Positions 16,983-25,027 are shown, counted from the stretch's first letter. The stretch: 37,455 bases of DNA from Deltaproteobacteria bacterium (GCA_026388915.1 JAPLIW010000744.1:1-37455); one strand, 5' to 3'. Notes: generated by a model from the sequence alone, not told the origin. Translations and numbers: made by a program.

Positions 16983-17870
16983 TTACAGGAGGAAAAAAAT
17001 CCCCATGACCCCCAAGCCGGTTCCCCATAGAACGCGGGCCGTCACCCTTTCCTTCAAGTAGCGGGCCGAAAGCGGAAGGGCGAAGAGGGGGGCGCAGCTG
17101 GTGAGCACCGCCGCCTTGCCGGCTCCGGCATACTGGATGGCCACCAGGAACAAAAATCCCCCCAGGCCGAAAGAAAGGGCCCCGGAGAAGGCTCCCAAAA
17201 ATATTTCCCGGGCTTTGGGTTTGCAGAAAAGGTCGCCTTGTCTTTGGCCCAATGCCAGAGGAATGAACACCAGACAGGCAAGCGGGAGTCGGATCCCGTT
17301 GCCCATGACCAGGTTGACGCCCTGGAGGCCCAGCTTCAGAAGGGATATGGAAATGGTCCATAAGACGGAGGCCATCAGGATCAAACCGATCCCCCTTCTC
17401 TTTCTCTGATGGGTTGGGGAGAAAGGGAAAGCGGGAGCGGGCCCGTGGGGAACGGCAATCAGGTAAATTCCCCCGATCACCAGGGCGGCCCCCACGGCCA
17501 AAGACCAGGTCATTCGTTCTCCCAGGAACAGCACTGCGGCGATCAGGGTTAAGACCGGCATCGAGGACTGGGCCAGGGGGAAAGCCAGAGTGACATTGAT
17601 CATCTTCAAACCCTCGATATAGATCGTATCCCCCAGGCAGATTCCCAGCAGAGCCGAGATGACCAAAAAGAGCACCGAGACCGCAGGCGCCTGGTACAAA
17701 GACTGGATACCGGGATAGAAAGGAATCAGGGCCCAAAGGACAAAAGATGCCCCCAGGCAACGGAGGAGGTTCAGGGTCAGGGGATGGAATCGGGGCGCCA
17801 GAGATTTGGTGAAAACGCTGCTCAAGGCCCAAGTGAAGGCACACCCCAGCGCGCTGATCTCCCCGGTCAA
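16983..17870 (-). CDS. EamA/DMT-superfamily transporter
   Basis: 295 aa with about 10 TM helices in two EamA repeats. TTG start. Confidence 0.8.
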   Translation of the reverse strand: MTGEISALGCAFTWALSSVFTKSLAPRFHPLTLNLLRCLGASFVLWALIPFYPGIQSLYQAPAVSVLFLVISALLGICLGDTIYIEGLKMINVTLAFPLAQSSMPVLTLIAAVLFLGERMTWSLAVGAALVIGGIYLIAVPHGPAPAFPFSPTHQRKRRGIGLILMASVLWTISISLLKLGLQGVNLVMGNGIRLPLACLVFIPLALGQRQGDLFCKPKAREIFLGAFSGALSFGLGGFLFLVAIQYAGAGKAAVLTSCAPLFALPLSARYLKERVTARVLWGTGLGVMGIFFLL

Positions 17871-17980
17871 AATCTATTCCTTTCTCAAAGTTTTGTGGGA
17901 AATTTCAACATTGAAGAGAAGAGGACCAGGATAAAGATCATTCTGGGGGGATCGATCTGACAAAAGGGGGGGATGTTTTA

Positions 17981-18015
17981 TTCCGCAATCCGAAATCCGC
18001 ATTCCGCAATTCGGG
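17981..18015. repeat. short phased repeat flanking tRNA-Glu: ATTCCGCAAT ... ATTCCGCAAT
   Basis: TTCCGCAATCCGAAATCCGCATTCCGCAATTCGGG. The 10-mer ATTCCGCAAT recurs at a 21-bp period. An AATCCGAAA string is shared with 6200-6208, and the shorter AATCCGAA with 30263-30270. Confidence 0.7.
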
Positions 18016-18091
18016 TGGTGGTCCCAACGGGAATCGAACCCGTGTTTTCGGCGTGAGAGGCCGACGTCCTAGGCCGCTAGACGATGGGACC
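18016..18091 (-). tRNA. tRNA-Glu (anticodon CUC), CCA encoded
   Basis: Hand fold of GGTCCCATCGTCTAGCGGCCTAGGACGTCGGCCTCTCACGCCGAAAACACGGGTTCGATTCCCGTTGGGACCACCA. It has a 7-bp acceptor stem, anticodon stem TCGGC/GCCGA with loop CTCTCAC, and T-arm ACGGG-TTCGATT-CCCGT. Confidence 0.85.
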
Positions 18092-18114
18092 GGATGAAAA
18101 TCATCAATAGGCCT

Positions 18115-18188
18115 TGGCTGGGGAACTAGGACTGGAACCTAGGTTAGCAGGTCCAGAGCTTGCCCTCCTGCCGCTAGACGATCCCTCA
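18115..18188 (-). tRNA. tRNA-Gln (anticodon CUG), CCA encoded, with irregular stems
   Basis: Hand fold of TGAGGGATCGTCTAGCGGCAGGAGGGCAAGCTCTGGACCTGCTAACCTAGGTTCCAGTCCTAGTTCCCCAGCCA. Anticodon loop is CTCTGGA. There is an A3:C70 mismatch and an A:C mismatch in the anticodon stem. See the finding on the duplicated 5' strand. Confidence 0.65.
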
Positions 18189-18208
18189 ATTTCCCCAGAA
18201 AGTATTTC

Positions 18209-18238
18209 ATTATAATTTTATTTCCAGACCCCCGTCAA
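18209..18238 (-). promoter_or_regulatory. promoter for the tRNA-Gln/tRNA-Glu pair (TTGACG-18-TATAAT)
   Basis: Minus strand reads TTGACG (18238-18233), 18 nt, TATAAT (18214-18209). The predicted leader is about 14 nt before the tRNA-Gln 5' end. Confidence 0.5.
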
Positions 18239-18298
18239 GGTGATAATGCCCCCAAAAACCCATCCTGCCGCTTAATAAATATCCCGGCTGAAGAAAAA

Positions 18299-18307
18299 TG
18301 CTATAAT
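18299..18307 (+). promoter_or_regulatory. extended -10 promoter element TGcTATAAT
   Basis: TG at 18299-18300 and TATAAT at 18302-18307, 29 nt upstream of the ATG at 18336. The track start ATG 18306 lies inside this box. Confidence 0.4.
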
Positions 18308-18335
18308 GCGGCACTCTTACCCAGGGAGGAGGCTT

Positions 18336-19124
18336 ATGGAGTATCGGTCCCTCCTGTATAAGAAGGAAGGCGGCAGGGTTACCATCACCCTCAATCGTCC
18401 CCGGGCGCTGAATGCTTTGAACCGGGAAATCATCGATGACCTTTTCACCGCTCTAAAAGAGGCGGCGGCGGATCCGGAGGTTAAGGTTTTAATCCTTACG
18501 GGCGCCGGGCGGGCCTTCTGTTTCGGCGCTGACGTTTCTGAATTCAGCCGCCAAATCGAACCCGGGAATTTTGCCCCGGCCCTCCTCCTGCAGAAAGTCC
18601 AGGAAATCATTCGCCTCCTGATCGGCACCCCCAAGCCAATCATTGCCGCCCTGAATGGATTCGCCACCGGCCTGGGACTTGACCTGGCGCTGGCCTGCGA
18701 CCTGCGGATTGCGGCCGAACGGGCGAAGCTGGTGGAGGCCTTCATTTCCATGGGGCTGGTGCCCGACGGGGGAGGAACTTTCTTTCTGCCACGGCTGGTT
18801 GGCCTGGCCAAGGCCGCAGAAATGATCTTTACCGGCGAACCCCTGAGCGCCACCGAAGCCGAGCGGATCGGCCTGCTCAACCGGGCGGTTCCTACCGAAG
18901 AACTTCCTAAAGCTATTGATATTCTTGCCGATAAACTGATAAAAAGCCCTTCTCTGGCTCTCGGCCTGGCCAAGCAGGCCCTCTGGAAAAACATCCAGGG
19001 CAGCCTGGCCTCCGCTCTGCGGGAGGAAGCCCGAAATCAGAAGGTCTGCCTGGCCAGTGAAGATCACCGGGAAGCCGTCCGGGCCTTCCTGGAAAAACGA
19101 GACCCCGTATTTCGCGGAAAGTAG
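18336..19124 (+). CDS. enoyl-CoA hydratase/isomerase (crotonase) family protein
   Basis: MEYRSLLYKKEGGRVTITLNRPRALNALN...GAGRAFCFGADV. GGAGG SD lies 6 nt upstream of ATG 18336. Confidence 0.9.
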   Translation: MEYRSLLYKKEGGRVTITLNRPRALNALNREIIDDLFTALKEAAADPEVKVLILTGAGRAFCFGADVSEFSRQIEPGNFAPALLLQKVQEIIRLLIGTPKPIIAALNGFATGLGLDLALACDLRIAAERAKLVEAFISMGLVPDGGGTFFLPRLVGLAKAAEMIFTGEPLSATEAERIGLLNRAVPTEELPKAIDILADKLIKSPSLALGLAKQALWKNIQGSLASALREEARNQKVCLASEDHREAVRAFLEKRDPVFRGK

Positions 19125-19151
19125 AGAGCCTATCCCCCGGGAAGAGAGAAA

Positions 19152-19175
19152 TCCCCGCGGGAGTCCCCGCGGGAG
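19152..19175. repeat. perfect 12-bp tandem repeat (TCCCCGCGGGAG)x2, each unit containing the palindrome CCCGCGGG
   Basis: Read directly: 19152-19163 equals 19164-19175. It abuts the -35 hexamer at 19176. Confidence 0.9.
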
Positions 19176-19204
19176 TTGACAGATGGAACAGCTTTGGTTA
19201 TCAT
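19176..19204 (+). promoter_or_regulatory. sigma70-type promoter TTGACA-17-TATCAT
   Basis: TTGACA at 19176-19181, a 17-nt spacer, TATCAT at 19199-19204. It lies upstream of the transglycosylase gene. Confidence 0.5.
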
Positions 19205-19243
19205 AAGTTGCCTGTTCCGAACCCCACTCTGAGAGGAGCCTTA

Positions 19244-20827
19244 TTGAAAAAGGCTTTCTTGTTTCTGAGCGGACTTCTTTTTCTGGCTGGATGTAGCGGA
19301 CTTCAATACCCGGTTTACCCCAAATTCCTCTCCCCGGCCCCGGCTCAGCTCATTCAGGATCTTTCTCTCCTTCCCGCAGACCGCGGCGGAATGATGGATC
19401 CCGCGTCTCCCGGGAATTTCGCTTTGCCCGAGATTCAGCCGGAAAAGCAGCTTCCCTCTCCATCGGAGTCCGAGCTTCCTTTCTGCTTCCCAGAGGCATA
19501 TTCTTTCATCTTCGGCGGACAGGTCGACGGTCATTCCTCCTGGCCGATGGTTGCCCTATCGAGTACCGGGGATGAAGCGGATCTTACCGAAACTCTTCCC
19601 CTGGAGGGGTCCTTCGCTGTCCTAAAGACCGAAAAAGAAGACCTTTCATTCAACCCCTCTTCCGCAGAGGCCCGCCCGAAAGGACCCCCGGAAAAAGGCG
19701 AAGATAAAGATAGCGGCGCAAATCCTTTCCCCCTTCCCAACCCAAATCCTCCGGAAGAGTCAGTCGATCGATTGGGGGAAACTTTAAGCCTTTACGAATA
19801 CGAAATGGAGGGTCTTCCCCCGACTCCTTCCCTCCGGGAAACGGCCGTGCAGGAAACCTTCCCCCGGGATCAGGGGTCGGCCAAAATCCTCTCCGCTTTT
19901 CCCACCCTACTCAACGAAAAAGTGAAGAGCTTTATCGACCTCTTCCAGACCAAAGCCGACAGTTACTTCACCAGATCTTTGGCCCGTTCCCAGGCTTATG
20001 AGGGGATGATGAAGAAAATTCTCCGGGAGAAAAACCTCCCCGAAGAGCTCTTCTACCTGGCCCTGATCGAAAGCGGTTACAATCCTTACGCCCAGTCCCG
20101 GGCCAAGGCCACCGGAATCTGGCAGTTCATGAACCGGACCGGTAAACGTTATGGTCTCAAGGTGGATAAATGGGTAGACGAGCGGAGGGACCCGGAAAAA
20201 TCCACCTACGCCGCAGCTGAATACCTGAAGGATCTCTACGAAATGTTCAACTGCTGGTACCTGGCCGCCGCCGGTTATAACGCCGGCGAGGGAAAGGTCC
20301 TGCAGGCCATGAAGAGGGCCAAAAGCCAGGATTTCTGGGAAATCTCCAAGCACCGTTACCTGAAGCGGGAAACGAAGCAATACGTCCCCATGTTCCTCGC
20401 GGCCATGATCATCGCCCAGGATCCCGAGAAATACGGCTTTTCGAACATCGACTACTACCCCCCCCTGGTATACGAAAAAGTGGCCGTCCCCCCGGGAACC
20501 CGTCTGGATAGAATCGCCCGGGCCGCGGAAACGACCCTGGAAGAGATCCGTGCCCTGAATCCCGCCCTGCGGCGGGATAAGACTCCCCCGCAAGCGGCCT
20601 CTTTTGAAATTAATCTTCCGCCGGGAAAGAAAGAAGCTTTTGAGAGAAATTTCTCCCAGGTATTCAAACTGGACCCCCGCACGGTCAGGAAGCACCAGGT
20701 CCGTCGCGGCGAAACGCTGGGGCAGATTGCCAAGAAGTACCGGGTTGATGTGCAAGAGATCTGTAAAGGGAATGAAATCACCCCCAAGACCATCCTCCGG
20801 CCCGGTGATACGCTGCTTCTCCCGTAG
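19244..20827 (+). CDS. mltD: membrane-bound lytic murein transglycosylase D-like lipoprotein (SLT domain + C-terminal LysM)
   Basis: TTG 19244 follows GAGAGGAG and gives (M)KKAFLFLSGLLFLAGC, a classical lipobox. SLT motif is LALIESGYNPYAQSRAKATGIWQFM. LysM is HQVRRGETLGQIAKKYRVDV...LRPGDTLLLP. A long Pro/Glu/Ser-rich linker follows the lipobox. Confidence 0.85.
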   Translation: MKKAFLFLSGLLFLAGCSGLQYPVYPKFLSPAPAQLIQDLSLLPADRGGMMDPASPGNFALPEIQPEKQLPSPSESELPFCFPEAYSFIFGGQVDGHSSWPMVALSSTGDEADLTETLPLEGSFAVLKTEKEDLSFNPSSAEARPKGPPEKGEDKDSGANPFPLPNPNPPEESVDRLGETLSLYEYEMEGLPPTPSLRETAVQETFPRDQGSAKILSAFPTLLNEKVKSFIDLFQTKADSYFTRSLARSQAYEGMMKKILREKNLPEELFYLALIESGYNPYAQSRAKATGIWQFMNRTGKRYGLKVDKWVDERRDPEKSTYAAAEYLKDLYEMFNCWYLAAAGYNAGEGKVLQAMKRAKSQDFWEISKHRYLKRETKQYVPMFLAAMIIAQDPEKYGFSNIDYYPPLVYEKVAVPPGTRLDRIARAAETTLEEIRALNPALRRDKTPPQAASFEINLPPGKKEAFERNFSQVFKLDPRTVRKHQVRRGETLGQIAKKYRVDVQEICKGNEITPKTILRPGDTLLLP

Positions 20828-20841
20828 GCCTTTACCCGACC

Positions 20842-22083
20842 ATGATTCTGGTAGAAGAAGCCCTCCACCATATTCTGGAAAAGATCCCCCGTCTGGGAAG
20901 CCAACGGCTGCCGATTCTCCAGGCCCGGGCTCGAGTCCTGGCTGAAGATATCCTTTCCTCCCGAGACATCCCGCCCTGGGACAATTCCGCCATGGACGGC
21001 TATGCGGTCCGCTGGGAGGATATTCAGGGGGCTTGCCGGGAAAAGCCTGCAGTTCTTAAAGTCCTCGGAGATCTCCCCGCGGGACAGGTCTTCAAGGGCC
21101 GGGGAGGTCCGGGTGAGGCGGTCCGCATCATGACCGGAGCTCCCCTTCCTGCCGGCTTCGACACCGTGGTCCAGGTGGAGGATACGGAGAAGGACGGGGA
21201 AAGGGTAAAGATCCTGCTCCCCCCGGAAAAGGGGAAGAACATCCGCTTCTCCGGCGAAGATGTGAAGGCCGGGGAGAAGATCTTGGAAGCGGGAGACCTC
21301 CTGCGTCCCGCCCATATCGGCATGCTGGCTTCTCTTCAGCGTTCCATGGTCTCCGTCTACCAGCGGCCCCGGGTGGCCATTCTTTCCACGGGCGATGAGC
21401 TCCTGGAGATTGACGAGCCCTGGGAAGAAGGAAAGATCGTGAACAGCAACAGCTACTCGCTGGCCTCCCTGGTGTCTGAATCCGGGGGAATCCCCCTGCA
21501 ACTGGGGATTGCCAGGGACCGGAGGGAAGAGCTCGCGGCCAAGATCCAGCAGGGTCTGGTGGCCGATCTCCTGGTGACCTCCGGCGGGGTCTCGGTGGGA
21601 GATTACGATCTGGTAAAGACAATGCTGAACGAGCTGGGACGGATGAACTTCTGGAAGGTGGCCATGCGTCCCGGCCAGCCGCTGGCTTTCGGCATGATCG
21701 CCGGAAAACCGCTCTTCGGCCTCCCGGGCAACCCGGTTTCTTCCATGGTCTCCTTCGAGCAGTTCGTGCGGCCCTCGATCCTCAAAATGTCCGGGCACCA
21801 GAATTTATTCCGACCCGCCCTCCGGGCGATTTTGCGGGAAGACATCCCCAAAAAAGCCGGGCTGGTCCACTTCATCCGCTGCCGCCTGATTCCCGAAAAG
21901 GGAAAGGTCTATGCCACCACCACGGGCGAGCAGGGATCGGGGATTCTCTCCTCTATGGTGAAGGCCCAGGGACTGGTGGTCCTGCCCCGGGAACAGACAC
22001 TGGCCCGCGCCGGCGAAGAGGTAAGCGTGATCCTCCTGGACCCCTCCATCTTCCATCTCGCCAGCCCTCCTTTCCTTTCCTGA
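20842..22083 (+). CDS. moeA: molybdopterin molybdenumtransferase MoeA
   Basis: 413 aa. PPWDNSAMDGYAVR, RIMTGAPLP, SGGVSVGDYD and GLPGNPVSS motifs. Confidence 0.9.
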   Translation: MILVEEALHHILEKIPRLGSQRLPILQARARVLAEDILSSRDIPPWDNSAMDGYAVRWEDIQGACREKPAVLKVLGDLPAGQVFKGRGGPGEAVRIMTGAPLPAGFDTVVQVEDTEKDGERVKILLPPEKGKNIRFSGEDVKAGEKILEAGDLLRPAHIGMLASLQRSMVSVYQRPRVAILSTGDELLEIDEPWEEGKIVNSNSYSLASLVSESGGIPLQLGIARDRREELAAKIQQGLVADLLVTSGGVSVGDYDLVKTMLNELGRMNFWKVAMRPGQPLAFGMIAGKPLFGLPGNPVSSMVSFEQFVRPSILKMSGHQNLFRPALRAILREDIPKKAGLVHFIRCRLIPEKGKVYATTTGEQGSGILSSMVKAQGLVVLPREQTLARAGEEVSVILLDPSIFHLASPPFLS

Positions 22084-22093
22084 CCCAACCCCC

Positions 22094-22150
22094 AATAAAA
22101 AAAGATGAACCACAGAGCGCACAGAGATCACAGAGCTATACGAATACAAT
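22094..22150. repeat. composite repeat family member, reverse orientation: AATAAAAAAA + (CACAGAGNN)x3
   Basis: AATAAAAAAA at 22094-22103. CACAGAGCG, CACAGAGAT and CACAGAG at 22111-22135. The complement reads CGTATAG-CTCTGTGAT-CTCTGTGCG-CTCTGTGGTTCATC-T7ATT. Confidence 0.75.
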
Positions 22151-22246
22151 TTAAGATAAAGACCAAGGATCTGAGCTACTTCCAAGGGGTTTCCATCTGA
22201 ACAGCCGTCATCTCGGGAATCCCTCCACCCGCAATCAAAAAAACCG

Positions 22247-22275
22247 TTGCCAGATTCTCCTTCCTGGGTTATAAA
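22247..22275 (+). promoter_or_regulatory. sigma70-type promoter TTGCCA-17-TATAAA for the rpsF operon
   Basis: TTGCCA at 22247-22252, a 17-nt spacer, TATAAA at 22270-22275. About 60 nt of leader precede AAGGAGG. Confidence 0.45.
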
Positions 22276-22342
22276 TAAACATTACTCCTTGCTCTCTCGC
22301 TCCGCGCGAAGGGCTATCGAACCCATAAGGAGGATCCACGAT

Positions 22343-22765
22343 TTGAGACGCTATGAGACTATCTTCATCACCCACCCGGAGTTGACTGAAGAAGAATTTT
22401 CGGAACTCCAGGGAAAAATCAACTCCATCCTGACCGGTTTCAAGGGCGAGCTCATCAAGCTCGATGACTGGGGCGTTCGGAAACTGACCTACCAGATTCG
22501 CAAGAACACCCGGGGCCGTTTCTTTCTCCTGGATTACGCCGCCGGAACCGATTTGATCCGGGAGCTGGAAAGAAACCTGCGCCTCAGCGAACGGGTATTG
22601 CGTTTTCAGACCGTCAAGATCGGCGATCAGGTCACTCCCGAATCCCTGAAGGCTCTGAAAGAAGCGGCGGGGGCCGAAAAAGCGAAGCCCGCCGAACGGA
22701 GTGAGCCGCCGGCAGAGATCAAGGTCGCAGAAGAAATTCCCAAAGAAGGGGGTGAGAAAGCATGA
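22343..22765 (+). CDS. rpsF: 30S ribosomal protein S6
   Basis: TTG 22343 lies 9 nt after AAGGAGG. (M)[18 protein letters not shown]...[14 protein letters not shown]. Acidic or extended C-terminal tail. The track ORF start at 22247 is the -35 box. Confidence 0.9.
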   Translation: MRRYETIFITHPELTEEEFSELQGKINSILTGFKGELIKLDDWGVRKLTYQIRKNTRGRFFLLDYAAGTDLIRELERNLRLSERVLRFQTVKIGDQVTPESLKALKEAAGAEKAKPAERSEPPAEIKVAEEIPKEGGEKA

Positions 22766-23010
22766 AGCCTCCCGTCTCCAGGAGGAAACGGCCTTTTCAG
22801 CGGCGGAAAGTCTGTGTCTTCTGCGCCGACAGCGGCATGAAGATCGATTACAAAGATACCAAGATGCTCAGCCATTTCATGACCGAACGGGGAAAGATCC
22901 TTCCTCGCCGCATCTCCGGGAACTGCGCCAAGCATCAGCGGAAACTGACGGCGTCGATTAAAAGAGCGCGGAATATTGCCCTCATGCCGTTTTCGGTGAT
23001 TAGCACATAG
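22762..23010 (+). CDS. rpsR: 30S ribosomal protein S18
   Basis: [51 protein letters not shown]. The start overlaps the rpsF stop (ATGA). Confidence 0.95.
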   Translation: MKPPVSRRKRPFQRRKVCVFCADSGMKIDYKDTKMLSHFMTERGKILPRRISGNCAKHQRKLTASIKRARNIALMPFSVIST

Positions 23011-23148
23011 CCCGGCCGAGACCCATTCCCTCGGGCCCTCTTGCCTTGCCAGGCCGGCGGCCCGCTTTGATCCAAGAAACCCGCAAGTTCAGGCTGGGAG
23101 AATCCCTTCTGGCCCGCCACCGGTATCCTTGAATCGCTGGAGGTTGGT

Positions 23149-23616
23149 ATGAAAGTGATCCTGATTGAAAACGTCTCTCCTCTGGGAAAGGCCGGGGATC
23201 TCGCCCAGGTCGCGGAAGGGTATGGTCGCAATTTCCTCATTCCCAAGAAATTAGCCCTGGAGGCCACCGCGGCTAACCTTCGCCACTTGGAGCAGCAGAA
23301 GGAGTCCTTTCTCCAGAAAGCGACCCAAGAAAAGCACAAAGCCGCGGAACTGGCCGCCAGGATTGAGCAGCTCCCCTGCACCCTGGCCCGTCCCGCGGGC
23401 GAGAGCGAGAAGCTCTTCGGCTCGGTCACGACCCTGGACCTCAATAAATTCCTCCAGGAACAGGGCATTTCCATCGACCGTCGCAAAATTCATCTGTCCA
23501 ATCCCATCAAAACCCTGGGCAGTTATACCGTTGCCCTGAAGCTCCATCCGGAAGTGACCGCCCAGATGAAGGTCAACGTGGTCGCCGCGTCTCCGGCGGA
23601 GAAAGATAAAGCCTGA
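23149..23616 (+). CDS. rplI: 50S ribosomal protein L9
   Basis: MKVILIENVSPLGKAGDLAQVAEGYGRNFLIPKKLA. Confidence 0.95.
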   Translation: MKVILIENVSPLGKAGDLAQVAEGYGRNFLIPKKLALEATAANLRHLEQQKESFLQKATQEKHKAAELAARIEQLPCTLARPAGESEKLFGSVTTLDLNKFLQEQGISIDRRKIHLSNPIKTLGSYTVALKLHPEVTAQMKVNVVAASPAEKDKA

Positions 23617-23646
23617 GACCCCTTCGGCATCGGGGATGGAAAAACC

Positions 23647-24993
23647 ATGGACTTGCTGGCACAGCGCCTTCCTCCGCAGAACCTGGAAGCGGAAGTCTCC
23701 GTCCTGGGAGGAGTTCTTCTCGATAACGAGGCTCTGAACCGGGTCCTGGAGGTCATGAAAGAAGGGGACTTCTACCGCGAGTCCCACCGGAAGATTTTTT
23801 CGGCCATCCTCGACCTCTACGAAAAGAGCGAGCCCGTTGACCTCATTACCCTGACCGAGGCGCTCAAGAAACGGGAGGCCCTGGAAGCGGTGGGGGGAGT
23901 CGAGTACCTCAATTCCCTGGTCAACAGCGTTCCCACCGCCGCCAATATCTCTTATTACGCCAAAATCGTCAAAGAGAAAGCCATTCTCCGGAAGCTCATC
24001 AACCGGTCCACGGATATCATCAGCCAGGTCTACGGCGTATCCGGCGACGTGGATGATTTCCTGGACCAGGCCGAGCGTTCCATCTTCGAAATCTCCGAGG
24101 ATCGGGTTCGCCCCTCTTTCTATCCCCTCAAGGACATCATCAAGGCCAGCTTCAAAACCATTGAGCGGCTGTACGAAAAGCGCCAGCTCATCACCGGAGT
24201 GCCCACGGGCTTCACCAAGCTGGATGAACTGACTTCGGGACTCCAGCCATCCGATCTGATCATCGTCGCCGGCCGCCCCTCCATGGGAAAGACGGCCTTG
24301 GCCCTGGATATCGCCGCTTATGCCGCAGTCGAGGGCGGAATCCCATCGGCCATTTTCTCTCTGGAGATGGCCAAGGAACAGCTGGCCCTCCGCATGCTCT
24401 GCTCCGAGGCCAAAGTGGACGCCCATCGCCTCCGCGGGGGCTTTCTCAGCGAGTCCGACTGGCCCAAGCTCACCCGCGCCGCCGGATCCCTTTCGGAGGC
24501 GCCCATCTTCATCGATGACACGCCGGGCCTCAGCGCCCTGGAGATGCGGGCCAAATCCCGCCGCCTGAAGGCAGAACACAATCTGGGCCTGGTGGTGGTG
24601 GACTACCTCCAGCTGATGCGCGGCCGGGCCGACTCCGACAACCGGGAGCAGGAGATCTCCGACATCTCCCGTTCGCTGAAAGCCCTGGCCAAGGAACTCA
24701 ATGTGCCGGTGATGGCTCTTTCGCAGCTGAACCGGCGGGTGGAAGAAAGGGGGGACAGGAGACCGCAGCTGTCCGACCTGCGGGAATCGGGGGCCATCGA
24801 GCAGGATGCCGACGTCATTATCTTTCTCTACCGCGATGAGGTCTACAACAAATCGGAAGACAATCCCAACAAGGGAAAAGCGGAGATTATCATCGGCAAA
24901 CAGCGCAATGGGCCAACCGATAAATTTGAACTGACTTTTCTGGACAAGTTCACCTGCTTTGAGAACCTGACCTACCTCCAGGAGGGGCGATAA
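23647..24993 (+). CDS. dnaB: replicative DNA helicase DnaB
   Basis: 448 aa. PPQNLEAEVSVLGGVL N-terminus. Walker A GRPSMGKTALAL. Also LSDLRESGAIEQDADV. Confidence 0.97.
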   Translation: MDLLAQRLPPQNLEAEVSVLGGVLLDNEALNRVLEVMKEGDFYRESHRKIFSAILDLYEKSEPVDLITLTEALKKREALEAVGGVEYLNSLVNSVPTAANISYYAKIVKEKAILRKLINRSTDIISQVYGVSGDVDDFLDQAERSIFEISEDRVRPSFYPLKDIIKASFKTIERLYEKRQLITGVPTGFTKLDELTSGLQPSDLIIVAGRPSMGKTALALDIAAYAAVEGGIPSAIFSLEMAKEQLALRMLCSEAKVDAHRLRGGFLSESDWPKLTRAAGSLSEAPIFIDDTPGLSALEMRAKSRRLKAEHNLGLVVVDYLQLMRGRADSDNREQEISDISRSLKALAKELNVPVMALSQLNRRVEERGDRRPQLSDLRESGAIEQDADVIIFLYRDEVYNKSEDNPNKGKAEIIIGKQRNGPTDKFELTFLDKFTCFENLTYLQEGR

Positions 24994-25027
24994 TCTTTTA
25001 AGATGATAAAATAATTATGCTTTTTGA

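Noticed and set aside
15520-17844. 774-aa ORF that looks like a giant fusion protein
   Set aside because: Only the C-terminal 419 aa, from ATG 16779 with an AGGAG SD, resemble a family III CoA-transferase. The upstream 355 aa are Pro/Gly/Arg-rich nonsense that overlaps the real EamA transporter gene (16983-17870) in another frame.
17941-17976. G6 and G7 runs (GGGGGGATCGATCTGACAAAAGGGGGGG) as a G-quadruplex or terminator
   Set aside because: Only two G-runs are present, whereas a quadruplex needs four. The runs are on the same strand, so they cannot form a hairpin. No function is supported.
18306-18335. Track start codon ATG 18306 for the enoyl-CoA hydratase, and likewise 22247 for rpsF and 19208 for mltD
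   Set aside because: Each of these start codons lies inside or immediately beside a promoter hexamer. Downstream in-frame starts at 18336, 22343 and 19244 have proper SDs and give canonical N-termini.
17871-18335. tRNA locus as an integration hotspot or genomic-island boundary
   Set aside because: There is no integrase, no direct repeat of a tRNA 3' end, and no phage or mobile genes on either side. The flanking genes are ordinary metabolic and transport genes.
22276-22342. rpsF 5' leader as the S6:S18-binding autoregulatory RNA motif
   Set aside because: The position is right for it, but I could not fold a convincing conserved hairpin by eye. It needs a cmscan against the Rfam rpsF leader model before any claim.
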